From contig JBKAGE010000038.1 of the NCBI GenBank assembly GCA_046290225.1, positions 128,001 to 192,000 on the forward strand: a stretch of 64,000 nt of DNA, given 5' to 3'. Shown here one piece after another: positions 20,389 to 29,957 of the stretch (positions are counted from its first letter, which is position 1; the number at the start of each line of letters is the position of its first letter). The DNA comes from Bradymonadia bacterium. Its GTDB lineage: Bacteria > Myxococcota_A > Bradymonadia > UBA7976 > UBA1532. The position numbers and the translations under genes were made by a program. The notes below the pieces were generated by a model. It made no database searches and was not told the origin of the DNA. It was given only the letters and a program-made list of their open reading frames with translations.

Positions 20389-22431
20389 TCAGTTGCCGAC
20401 GCGGTACACCAGAGACAGCACGATGTGCATGGCCAGGGCCACGAACATCACGTTGCTCGAGACCACGTGCACGATGCGGTAGCGCCTGAGTACGCGGGTC
20501 ATGAGGGCGTGGCGGGCGATGGAGCGCTCGAGGCGGGCGCGCTCCTTGAGCAGCACCAGCATGTCGTGGGCGTCGCCCTCGTTGATGCCCGCATCTTTGA
20601 GCTCGTCCATGAGGTCGAGCACCTTGCTCTTCTGCACCCGATCTTCGCTGGACAGCTGAGCGATGCCCGCCAGCAGCTGCTTTGCCTCGTCGGTGCTGTA
20701 GCCCGACTGGTCGAGGCGCAGCATCTCGTCGATGCGCATCATCATCGTGTGGCCCACGGCCTTGTTGCTGAAGAGGCCCTGCATCTCCTGGTTCAGGAAC
20801 TGGATCTGAGTGCGCAGCTCTTCGAGGGCCATCATCTGCCCCGCCTGGCTGCGGGGGATCAGATAGATGATGTAGCGACCCACGATGCCGGTGACGATGG
20901 CCAGCATCATCGTGGCAAAGGCAGCAATGGAGACGAAGCCGTGAAAGTAGAAGGCGGTGTGGAAGAAGCCGTATATGCCGCCCAATATGCCGGTGAAGAT
21001 GTGCAGCTCCATCCAGACCTGCACGCTGCCCATCTTCGGGGCCACCCACTTGCCTAATTTGTAGAGCTGCGTGGCGACGCACAACCCGCCCCCCACGTAT
21101 CCGAGGGCGTGGCTGAGGAAGTCACCGGGCCGGAAGGGCGTCAGCGGATCGATGCCCTCTTTGAGGAACCCTGCCTGATGCAGCAGGGTGGTGAACGTGA
21201 GCTCGGGCCAGTGCAGGCGGCCGAAGCACTCCCAGGCCACCGCCAGGGTGTTGAGCAGGGTCATCACCACCCAGAAGAACCGCCAGCCTCTGACGTTCCC
21301 CTCTGGAGAGACCACGTCGCTGAAGCCCGGCGCGTGGTGCACACTGAACTGCTGCCAGTGATCGAAGATGTCCTGGCCGTCGACCTGGAACATGGCCCCG
21401 GTGGGGCAGGCGGTGATGCAGGCCTGATCATCGTAGCCCGTGCAGTTGTCGCACTTCTGGGCGATGTTCTTGCCCTTGGCCTCCGGATCGCGGTCGGGGA
21501 AGTAGCGATCGATGTCGAGATCTTCCACCGAGTGCATGCGGATCGCGTCGAAGCTGCAACCCCGAGCGCACATGGTGCAGCCGACGCAGTTGTCGTCGAT
21601 GACGATCTCCCGCGTCTCTGGGTGAATGCTGATGTGGCCGAACTTGCACTTGTCGATGCACTCCGGCACCACGCAGTTGTGACAGTTCGCCGGGATCTCG
21701 GTGAGGCCGAACTTCACCTCGCTGGGACCGAGACGATCGGTGCCGTGACGATCACGGCAAGCCTCGTAGCACCCGTCGCACTCGATGCAGATGTCCATGC
21801 GCTTGATCTTCACCCGACGGGCGAAGGTAAGGCGCTCCTGCACGATGAACTGAGAGATGTTCTTGCGAAAGTCGTCATCAAAGCGGGTCTGCTGACGCTC
21901 AGTCACGCCCCGGATCGACTCGCTCACCACCTCACGAAAACCCGCTTCCTTGCGCAGCAGGTAGTTGATGTCGGTGTAGCTGAGCTTGAGGACCTTCGCA
22001 GGGCACATGGCCTTGAGCACGACCTTCTGAGTGTCTTCGGTGATGAAGAGCTTCTCGATGAAGGCCTCACCCACGGTGAGATAGTTCACGATGTCAGGGC
22101 CAGGGAAGCCCCGATCGTGCCGGCTCACGTTCACGTCACCGAAGATGACGACAAAGACCGTAGAGGCGTCGTCCTTGGCGCTGGGCGGCGCGTCGTAGAG
22201 CACGTCGCCTCGGGCGAGCTCCACGTGCTCCACCCGAGGGGCGAGGCGCTCGAGCAGGCCCCGCTCCAGATGGCTGAAGGGGCTGTGCTGGGCCAGAAGC
22301 TCCGCGGTGACCTCCACCGGGGCGTTCTTCTTGCCCTTACGGCCACGCTTCGGTGCCGCCTTCTTTGCTTTTTTGAGCTTGAGGGGCTTCTTGGCGCCGG
22401 ACTTGCGCGGGCTGTTTTCGGTGACACTCAC
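20389..22431 (-). CDS. Fusion protein: cNMP-binding-like domain, 4x[4Fe-4S] (DmsB/NrfC-like) domain and ferric-reductase-like di-heme b membrane domain
   Basis: CNB-like segment PFSHL..LARGDVLY..VFVVIFGDVNV..GEAFIE. Fe-S motifs CIECDGCYEAC, CHNCVVPECIDKC, CVGCTMCARGC, KCDNC...ACITACP. TM helices HIFTGILGGIYGFFH and HVVSSNVMFVALAMH (both H-x13-H). Confidence 0.88.
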   Translation of the reverse strand: MSVTENSPRKSGAKKPLKLKKAKKAAPKRGRKGKKNAPVEVTAELLAQHSPFSHLERGLLERLAPRVEHVELARGDVLYDAPPSAKDDASTVFVVIFGDVNVSRHDRGFPGPDIVNYLTVGEAFIEKLFITEDTQKVVLKAMCPAKVLKLSYTDINYLLRKEAGFREVVSESIRGVTERQQTRFDDDFRKNISQFIVQERLTFARRVKIKRMDICIECDGCYEACRDRHGTDRLGPSEVKFGLTEIPANCHNCVVPECIDKCKFGHISIHPETREIVIDDNCVGCTMCARGCSFDAIRMHSVEDLDIDRYFPDRDPEAKGKNIAQKCDNCTGYDDQACITACPTGAMFQVDGQDIFDHWQQFSVHHAPGFSDVVSPEGNVRGWRFFWVVMTLLNTLAVAWECFGRLHWPELTFTTLLHQAGFLKEGIDPLTPFRPGDFLSHALGYVGGGLCVATQLYKLGKWVAPKMGSVQVWMELHIFTGILGGIYGFFHTAFYFHGFVSIAAFATMMLAIVTGIVGRYIIYLIPRSQAGQMMALEELRTQIQFLNQEMQGLFSNKAVGHTMMMRIDEMLRLDQSGYSTDEAKQLLAGIAQLSSEDRVQKSKVLDLMDELKDAGINEGDAHDMLVLLKERARLERSIARHALMTRVLRRYRIVHVVSSNVMFVALAMHIVLSLVYRVGN

Positions 22432-22444
22432 CGGCGCCCCCGAA

Positions 22445-24133
22445 TCAGAAGGGCAGGATGATGCAGAAGCCGGGGCTCATCGGATCGAACTGGAGGCACG
22501 CCTGGCCGGGCTGACACGGCAGGATGTGGTTCTCCGGAGGCTCGAAGAAGTCTGCGGGATCGCGCTTGATACAACTACAGTTACCCCCCAGTGAGGGATC
22601 GAGTGCGTTGGGCAAACATTGGGCGCCCGGATAACAGACGCTCACGCCGCCTTCCCCGTCGCACGTGGCGTTCACTCCGTCATAACACTGCCCAGTGGCC
22701 ACATTACAACGATGGATCATCGGATCGGGGCAGTCAGCGTCGGCGTTGCACCCGGGATCACAGCGACCGGTGTTGATGTTGCACTCGGATCCCATCTGGC
22801 ACTCGGTGCCACGACAGGGGGCGGCGACGCAGGCCTGGCCCTCGCACGCGAAGCCCGCCATGCAATCAGAATCCTGAATGCACTGCACGCACTGACCGAC
22901 GAAGCAGATGGGGGTGTTGGGATCCTGCGCCTGGCAGTCGACGTTTTGCACACAGCCACCCATGGGGGCTTCGCCGCAGGTGTTGTCCATACGGCAGACC
23001 TCACCGGCGTCGCAAGGTACGTCGGGGCCACACTCGGCGCACTCGCCGGTGGCGGCGATGCAGGCTGGGGTGTCGCCCCCGCAGGTGCCACCACAGGCGT
23101 CGCAACGGCCCGACTGGGGCTTGCAGAGATCATCTTCACAGACATAGCCGTCGCCACAGCCTGCGCCACAGGGGGCGAGGCAGAAGCTCTGGGGATCGCC
23201 GTCGGCGAGAGGGGCGCAGCTCAGGCCGTCCTGGCAGCCCTCGGGGCCGGTGCAGGCGCCGCACACCGCGGCGGGGGCGTTGCAGTTGCCATCGAGGCCG
23301 CAGATCTCGCCCGCACCACAGCCGTTGAGGAAGCAGCCCTCGCAGCGGTAGGTGAAGGGTACGCACTGAGTGAGGGTGGCGTCACAGCGGAAGCCCGAGG
23401 GGCAGGCCTCGGCGTCGGCAGGATCACAGGCGCTGGTGCAGTGGGCGTTGGCGCCGAAGCCGGTGCACTCTGCCCCCTCACCGAGGCCAGCACAGTCGTC
23501 GACCCCACGACAAGGAGAGCAGAGCTGGGCGTCCTCAGGGTTGATCATGCCGCCAGCGCCGCCAATCTCACCGCCAGCGCCGGCCATACCGCCAGCGCCG
23601 CCTTCACCACCGGCCATGCCGCCTTCGCCACCGGCGCCACCAGCGCCGCCGATGATGCCGCCGCCGGCGCCGCCCATCCCGCCGGCACCACCCACGGGAC
23701 AATCGGTGCCACAGACGCCACCGCAGCACTGGTAGCCCTGGCCGAGATCACTGCAGTCAGCGCCGCTCTGGCAGCTGATGGCGGGATCCGCGCAGGAGAA
23801 GCGGAAAGGACCAGTCTCGAGACAGACCGGGCGCTCGTCGGGACAGATGCCGCTGGCCCCTTCGGGCACGTCGGCGCACTCCTTGGCGCTGCAGCTCTGG
23901 GTATCGAGCAAGCAGGTTCGCCCTGTGCCGGAGCACGCGTTGATGCTGGCACACGACTCGGTGGTGCAGCTGCCGCCGTTGCACACCTGCCCGCGGGGGC
24001 AGGCCAGATCGTTGGCGCAACCCGCCGCCTCTTCGCTGTCATCACAGCCGACGAAGGCCAGGCTGCTCAGCAGGAGCATGGCCCCCAGCGTCAGACCGTC
24101 AATGGTGCGCCGCAGCGCAGAGCGTTGTTCCAT
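22445..24133 (-). CDS. Cys-rich surface lipoprotein with a GGAGG linker
   Basis: Lipobox FVGC-DD, many C-x4-DC-x2-G-x2-C modules and a Gly/Ala linker; ends 13 bp before the Fe-S fusion gene. Confidence 0.85.
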   Translation of the reverse strand: MEQRSALRRTIDGLTLGAMLLLSSLAFVGCDDSEEAAGCANDLACPRGQVCNGGSCTTESCASINACSGTGRTCLLDTQSCSAKECADVPEGASGICPDERPVCLETGPFRFSCADPAISCQSGADCSDLGQGYQCCGGVCGTDCPVGGAGGMGGAGGGIIGGAGGAGGEGGMAGGEGGAGGMAGAGGEIGGAGGMINPEDAQLCSPCRGVDDCAGLGEGAECTGFGANAHCTSACDPADAEACPSGFRCDATLTQCVPFTYRCEGCFLNGCGAGEICGLDGNCNAPAAVCGACTGPEGCQDGLSCAPLADGDPQSFCLAPCGAGCGDGYVCEDDLCKPQSGRCDACGGTCGGDTPACIAATGECAECGPDVPCDAGEVCRMDNTCGEAPMGGCVQNVDCQAQDPNTPICFVGQCVQCIQDSDCMAGFACEGQACVAAPCRGTECQMGSECNINTGRCDPGCNADADCPDPMIHRCNVATGQCYDGVNATCDGEGGVSVCYPGAQCLPNALDPSLGGNCSCIKRDPADFFEPPENHILPCQPGQACLQFDPMSPGFCIILPF

Positions 24134-24263
24134 AGGAGCTCATCCTCATCTTGAATACCGCGCTTCCTCGAGGTGACCGGGGGCGGTCAGCCTTGAAGAC
24201 GGCGCAATATAGGATAGGGGTGGGGCTCGGAGCAAAGGCCCCGTGATCACATTGAAGGAGAGC

Positions 24264-25712
24264 CTACGCGCGCAGGCCCGGGTGAAGAAAATCCAAGCCG
24301 GTGATGGGCTTCATCATCTCCCGGATGAAGCGACGCTCCCGGGCGAGCTCGCGGTAGCCGTTGCGCAGGGCAAGGCTGAGCTTCCGCTCTTCGGGCACAA
24401 GCTCGAGAGGGCTGAGCACATGCCTGAAATTCTTGGTAAACCCGGCATATCGGGCGTTGGACGACACCTGAGGACGGATCAACCGCTGCAGCGGGTGCGC
24501 CATGAGGTTGCGGGTGAGTTGAGGCGCAAAGCAATCCATGGCCAGGATGAAAGCGTTCTGCGTGCCCACATCACCGCGCTGCACCGACTCCCAGGCCACG
24601 CGGCTGGGCACGTTGTTCACCACCCCGCCGTCCACCAGTCGGTTGATGCCGTTCTGCTCCAGCAGCTGCGACATCAGGGTGTGCATGTGATCATCCTGGC
24701 GCCAGATGTCGTAGTGGATCAGCGCCGGCACGGCAGAGGAGAAGCCCACAGCGTCGACGACGTCGAAGCGCCGCGTCATCTCGTCTCCGCCGATGACCAC
24801 CTCTCTCAATCGAGGGCGCTTCACCAACTCGGCGATGACTGCAAAGACCCGCCGTAGCTGGCGGCGGATCACAGAAGGCGACACCTTCTGCTGCTCCACC
24901 ACCTCGTCCATCAGGTGCTCGTAGTAGTCGAGATCCCGGCTGAGATCCCCCTTGCCGATGCCTGCAGCCACCACCCGCATGGGGATGCCGAGCTCTTCCA
25001 TCCAGAGGGCCCGCTCGCCGCTCTCGTGCATGAAGTGGCGGCCGATCCCCTTGCGCAGATAGAGCCGGAGCGAGGCCGGCACCCCATAGCGGCTCGCCGC
25101 CGTAGGCTGCATGAAGACCTCACGAAATTTAAGTCCCCGAGCAAGCTCGTAGGCCTCGTCGAGATCGAACCGACGGTGCCGTGCCCGGAACAAGCTGATG
25201 ATCGAGCCCATGGAAGTACCCACCAACAGCTTGGGCACCAGCCCCATGTCGTCGATGAGCTTGAAGGCGCCCATGTACACATAGCCCGATCCGCCTCCAC
25301 CACCAGCGACGGTGATCAACGCCTTGCGACACACTTCGTGGTCGAGGGCTGCGGCGGAGACGCGCTGCTGCTGGTCGACGATACGCTTTCGCGTACGATC
25401 GGTGATGGTGTGCAGAACAGGCAGCGCCTCACGAAGCGTTCGCCAGTCGATGGCGCCTGGGGTCTCGAGGAGCAGGGGCTCAAGGACTTCGACCACCCGG
25501 GCATGAAACTCGTCGAGGGCCCCTTCAAGGTCGACGGTGCGCCCCTCTTCAGGCACGCACTCCACCCGAGCGAGATTCAACGCATACCGCAGCGCAGCAG
25601 CCTCACGAGGGGCGAGGCGATCAGGGCGCTCCACGAGGCCCCGAACCACGGCGACCTCCATGTGCTCCAGGGGGTTGATGCGCTCGAATCGTTTGTCGAG
25701 GTTGATGGTCAC
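24264..25712 (-). CDS. Patatin-like phospholipase
   Basis: GGGGGSG oxyanion loop, GTSMG nucleophile, DGG; likely GTG start at 25712 after GAGG. Confidence 0.9.
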   Translation of the reverse strand: MTINLDKRFERINPLEHMEVAVVRGLVERPDRLAPREAAALRYALNLARVECVPEEGRTVDLEGALDEFHARVVEVLEPLLLETPGAIDWRTLREALPVLHTITDRTRKRIVDQQQRVSAAALDHEVCRKALITVAGGGGGSGYVYMGAFKLIDDMGLVPKLLVGTSMGSIISLFRARHRRFDLDEAYELARGLKFREVFMQPTAASRYGVPASLRLYLRKGIGRHFMHESGERALWMEELGIPMRVVAAGIGKGDLSRDLDYYEHLMDEVVEQQKVSPSVIRRQLRRVFAVIAELVKRPRLREVVIGGDEMTRRFDVVDAVGFSSAVPALIHYDIWRQDDHMHTLMSQLLEQNGINRLVDGGVVNNVPSRVAWESVQRGDVGTQNAFILAMDCFAPQLTRNLMAHPLQRLIRPQVSSNARYAGFTKNFRHVLSPLELVPEERKLSLALRNGYRELARERRFIREMMKPITGLDFLHPGLRA

Positions 25713-26018
25713 TGATCCTCGAGGTGAGAAAAGTACACAAACATTTACAGGATCAACGACCTCTTCAGTCCAGCATTTTACACGTTCACCACAACTCGAC
25801 CCACCCTCGGGCACCTCGGCCCGAAGTGGATCCGGGTCGAGGCTCGCCAGCCTCAGCAAAAATATTGGGCGAGAATGTCAGAGTTCGACCTTCCATCTCG
25901 AACCACAGCTCAGGGACACGGTGAAGTTGCTCGATTGACGTGTCACAACCCCAAAGAGTGTTGGGGACACAACCCCGAAAGCACTTCCGAATACACGAAT
26001 ACATGGAGTGCTGTTTTG

Positions 26019-27299
26019 ATGAAATCCGCTCGCATTTTTCTCTCTTCGATCGTGGGTGCTGGTCTATTGGTCTGCCTTGGCGCTGGGGTGAGCCACAGTG
26101 GCACAGTCTCCCCGGGTGATTGTGCGCCAGGCCGTGATACTGGTGCTCGGCAGCTTGTGCACAGTTACCTGACGGGGCAGAAGAACCGTCACACCTCAAA
26201 GCTGTTGGTGACCCCACAACGTAAGCTCGAGCTCGGTGGTCGTCTGCGCGCCAAGGTCACAGAGCAAAAGTTCGCCTTCGTGAGCGTGCCCTACTTCTCT
26301 TCGAAGGGTGTAAAGCTGACAGTCCGTGGCGGCATGAGCAAGAAGGCCGATGGCTTCGTCATCGAATACGCGCTCAAAAAGTCAGCCCGAAATTGGAGCC
26401 GTTTCAGCGCTGGCGATCTGGTAGTGACGAAGTGTTACCGGTTCAACCAGGCAGGCAACCCCACCACCGCCTTCGAACTCAACCCTGCAGGTGTGGCCAA
26501 CGTAAAGCCCGGCCGCGTGCTGGTCAGCTCGTTCGCGAAGCGGGGCTTCACGGCTGACATCATGCTCAGAGAGAGCGGTGGGCGGGGGAAGCCACACACC
26601 TCGGCAGGTGGCGGCCGCAGTGACAATGGGGGTTCACGCGGCCAGAGGCCTATGAAATCCAGCGGTTACTACTTGCCCCTCCCCTGTGGCACCACAGCAA
26701 GGATCACTCAGGGCAACAACGGGGGCTTCTCCCACAACAACACCAAGAACCAGTACGCATTCGATTTCGGGATTGGTACGGGCAAACCGCTGATGGCCAT
26801 GAGGGCAGGCACTGTACACGCCGTCTATGATGGCACCCGGCCAGGGGACCCCTGTTACAACGGTGGTGATAAATCCTGCTACAGCAAGGCCAACTATGTG
26901 GTCCTGAGCCACGATGACGGCTCGAGATCCATCTACAAACATCTCAGCCGGGTCGATGTACGCAAAGGCGTTCGGGTTCGCCAGGGCCAACAGGTCGGAC
27001 TGTCAGGCTCTACAGGACAGTCGACGGGGCCGCACGTACACATCATGCGCCAGAAAGCGTGCTCGGGGCTGGCCACGAAATGCCATTCGCTGCCTTTGAA
27101 GTTCGAGGACGTCCCGGGCGGGGTACCCAAGAAGAACGATCGCGTCACCTCGGGCAACTGCCCTGCAGGCCAGCGCACGTCCGGCGCCAGCGCAGGTGGG
27201 CGCAACACTGGCGATGGCAACCGCGCGAGCGGTGGTAGAGCCAACAATGGGCGCCGCAAGAGCAACAACACACGCCGCGGCCGTCGCAAGAACCGTTGA
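26019..27299 (+). CDS. Secreted M23-family metallopeptidase with an uncharacterised N-terminal domain
   Basis: Signal MKSARIFLSSIVGAGLLV; ITQG..GGFSH...YAFDF, YKHLSR, VRQGQQVGLSGSTGQSTGPHVH. Confidence 0.88.
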   Translation: MKSARIFLSSIVGAGLLVCLGAGVSHSGTVSPGDCAPGRDTGARQLVHSYLTGQKNRHTSKLLVTPQRKLELGGRLRAKVTEQKFAFVSVPYFSSKGVKLTVRGGMSKKADGFVIEYALKKSARNWSRFSAGDLVVTKCYRFNQAGNPTTAFELNPAGVANVKPGRVLVSSFAKRGFTADIMLRESGGRGKPHTSAGGGRSDNGGSRGQRPMKSSGYYLPLPCGTTARITQGNNGGFSHNNTKNQYAFDFGIGTGKPLMAMRAGTVHAVYDGTRPGDPCYNGGDKSCYSKANYVVLSHDDGSRSIYKHLSRVDVRKGVRVRQGQQVGLSGSTGQSTGPHVHIMRQKACSGLATKCHSLPLKFEDVPGGVPKKNDRVTSGNCPAGQRTSGASAGGRNTGDGNRASGGRANNGRRKSNNTRRGRRKNR

Positions 27300-27357
27300 G
27301 GCCTCCCCACAGCCAGCCCTCACAGCCCCGCTGAGCAGCGCTCATTGTCGGCCCAAG

Positions 27358-29022
27358 TCATCGCCGAGGTGGTCGTTTCATCTGGTGATATCGAGGCCCC
27401 GACCAGATCTGCGCATAGACACGGCCCTCGATCTTCACCTCGTGCAACAGTGTCTTGCCATACCGTTTGAAGTGCCCCGACCACCACCTCCGCTGTCGGA
27501 TGGAGAGGTAGTACACGAGGTAGTCGGCCTCTTTGTGTGACTTCACCCTCTGCATGGCGGGCAGGTAGGGCCTCAGGGTCTGGTGCATACCCGACCAGAC
27601 CTTGGGCCGAGCCTTGGGCCCGGCATCCTCGCTGATCCATGCGCCGACCTCCCGCATACCCTCACCCCAGCCCATTTGAATGGCCTCTTCTGCGGGGATC
27701 GGCATCCACTCGGCGGCCCAGGCGATGGCGTACGGGTGCACCCTGATCAGACGCCCACTCCGGCCGAGGGCCAACATGCCCACGGCCAACGCCGAGATCC
27801 ACACCACCTGCCGTGAGATCTGCGGCCACCTCCGCCCAAGACGCCGCGCGGTGCGGATCACCCACCACAGGCCATAGGCCGCGAAGACGCTCATCAACGG
27901 CATGAAGGGCAACAGATAACGATCCATCTTCTTGGCCCCGAGAGTGAGGACCATGGCCATGGGCAGGTGCGCCAACAACAACCCCCACATGATCCCACGG
28001 ACGGGTACCCGGCGCGTATGACGGGTCATGGGGGTCAGCCGACTTCGTCGCCTCAGAGTGACCCACGCCCCCACGAGCATGGTGAGCAGGACCTCGGGGC
28101 TGGTCTTGTAGAGGGCGAGCACGGCATAGAACGACATGCCCGCGTCGGCATCCGAGGTCTCACCGAGGAAGAAGGTTCGATGGCCCTTCTTCACCAACGC
28201 CTCCCCTTCTTTGATCAGCCGCTCGATGATCTTCTCGGGCTGCTCCCACAGGGCGGGCCATACCGCATACACGACGGCAACGGCGACGAGGGTCATCAGG
28301 GCGAGCTGTGGCACGATCTTCCAACACCGCCATCGCCTGAAACCGCTTGGGTGGTTGAGCCACGCGCTGATGCACCAAAGGCCCCCACCGACGGCGATGG
28401 CGCCAGCGCTGATCTTGGTGAGTACGGCAAGGCCGAAACACACCCCAGCCACCCAAGCCCAACGCCACCGGCCTCGGCGCAGCATCAACGCCACAGCGAG
28501 GAGCCCGATCCACCCGAAGGCGGTGAGCAACTGGTCGAGATGCATGGTGCGGCTCAGCGCCACGAGGTAGGGCTCGGTGGCGATGATGAAGCCGGCGATG
28601 AAGGCAGGGGCGATGTGGCGCGGGCCCATGAGCCGCAGCCACATCACGCTGGTGAGGGGCGCAAGCAGGGCGCCGATGAGCGCCACGGGTGCGGCGCCAG
28701 CGGCCACATGGAGCGGCGTGGGGGTGGAGGTCCAGCCAGGGCCGTGCTCGAGGAATGGCCCTGCCAACCACATCAATGTGACGCCTGGGTGGGTCTTCTG
28801 AAAGGTCTTGTGCCACTGCTCTCGCTCGATGGCCTGCCAAAATCGTCGCGTCCGGCCCATCCATCCGTGGCCGGCATCGATGTTGAGGTAGGCGTCGAGA
28901 TCGGGCAGGCGCGCCCAGAGTGCAATGGCGGTGAGGGTGAGGGCGCCACAGGCGACGAGCAGACGCCGGCGCTGAGCGTGGGGGCGTCGAGCCCACCAGG
29001 CGGTGAGCCGAGGGAGGATCAC
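27358..29022 (-). CDS. Polytopic GT-C fold glycosyltransferase (family 39/ArnT/PMT-like)
   Basis: HPG motif, EPYLVALSRTMHLD, GLAVLTK, RYLLP, many TM helices; start uncertain (29022 or 29061). Confidence 0.8.
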   Translation of the reverse strand: MILPRLTAWWARRPHAQRRRLLVACGALTLTAIALWARLPDLDAYLNIDAGHGWMGRTRRFWQAIEREQWHKTFQKTHPGVTLMWLAGPFLEHGPGWTSTPTPLHVAAGAAPVALIGALLAPLTSVMWLRLMGPRHIAPAFIAGFIIATEPYLVALSRTMHLDQLLTAFGWIGLLAVALMLRRGRWRWAWVAGVCFGLAVLTKISAGAIAVGGGLWCISAWLNHPSGFRRWRCWKIVPQLALMTLVAVAVVYAVWPALWEQPEKIIERLIKEGEALVKKGHRTFFLGETSDADAGMSFYAVLALYKTSPEVLLTMLVGAWVTLRRRSRLTPMTRHTRRVPVRGIMWGLLLAHLPMAMVLTLGAKKMDRYLLPFMPLMSVFAAYGLWWVIRTARRLGRRWPQISRQVVWISALAVGMLALGRSGRLIRVHPYAIAWAAEWMPIPAEEAIQMGWGEGMREVGAWISEDAGPKARPKVWSGMHQTLRPYLPAMQRVKSHKEADYLVYYLSIRQRRWWSGHFKRYGKTLLHEVKIEGRVYAQIWSGPRYHQMKRPPRR

Positions 29023-29035
29023 TGATCGCGACCGA

Positions 29036-29767
29036 TCACTTGAAGTGGTACGCCACACCAATGGTGAAGAAAGCCTGGAACTCCCACTCGGTGCTGATCT
29101 CTCTGATGCGCGCAGTGTTCCCTTCGAGATCCACGGTGGGGTATCGATCGGTCACCTTCCGGGAGAAGCCCGGCGTCCAGTTGCCTCGGAACGCGATGGG
29201 GATGCGGATGTCAGCGTCGGAGACGGGCAGGATGATGTCCATACCGAGCCCGAACCCCAGAGCGGTGTAGAAGTCGGCGCTGGCGCTCTTGAGATCAGTG
29301 ATGCTGCCCGCATCGACCTCGGAGCTCACGGGGATCACGAACTCGGGGCCCACCATCAAGAAGGGCCGTGTGGTCCGATAGGGGATGGCGGCCTTGACCA
29401 TCAACGGGATGTGGATCGACGACTGACTCAAGGTGACGTCGACATCGAGAGCACCAAAGTCATAAGTACCCGTGCCCCGCTCGGCCATGTAGAGCAGATC
29501 GAGTTCGAGGCCGATGGCGCCCCGGTACATGTAGGCGAAGGAGAGGCCACCGCCACCACCGACGCCGGCAAAGCCGGGGTAAGGCAGCTGAGCGTTCTCG
29601 TAGGCTTTCTCTTCTTCAGAGGGCTCGCCGATGAAGCTGCCGTTCACCAGCCCCATGGCGCCGATGCCGAACTCGTGCTTCCGCGCTTTTTTGGCCTGGG
29701 CCTGACCCGCAGCGAGCAGGAGGCCAAAGGCCACACATGATGTGGTGATGAGTGTGGTGAGTTTCAT
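29036..29767 (-). CDS. Small outer-membrane beta-barrel protein
   Basis: Signal peptide ending AQA, strands such as LELDLLY, IHIPLMVK, PFLMVGP, and C-terminal IGVAYHFK. Confidence 0.82.
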   Translation of the reverse strand: MKLTTLITTSCVAFGLLLAAGQAQAKKARKHEFGIGAMGLVNGSFIGEPSEEEKAYENAQLPYPGFAGVGGGGGLSFAYMYRGAIGLELDLLYMAERGTGTYDFGALDVDVTLSQSSIHIPLMVKAAIPYRTTRPFLMVGPEFVIPVSSEVDAGSITDLKSASADFYTALGFGLGMDIILPVSDADIRIPIAFRGNWTPGFSRKVTDRYPTVDLEGNTARIREISTEWEFQAFFTIGVAYHFK

Positions 29768-29957
29768 ACATGCTCCTCACTGGCAGTCGCTCTGCAGGCA
29801 GATTCGGGAGCTACATAGCACACACACAGCCTCAGTGGTACGACAGGGAAGACGCCCTGCAATGTGCCTGACTGTGACTCTGATATGAACCATGATGGAT
29901 GTTGATGTTGAGTGTGGGACCACGACGAGCCATCGACGATCCATTTGAAAGGCGCTC

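Noticed and set aside
20318..21082. N-terminal 255 aa of the 1001-aa ORF 18077..21082
   Set aside because: It overlaps the Fe-S fusion gene in another frame. The signal peptide and heme motifs begin at the ATG at 20317.
18476..24154. Long plus-strand ORFs (668, 450 and 511 aa)
   Set aside because: Antisense shadows of high-GC3 genes; no motifs, and the minus-strand proteins are clearly recognisable.
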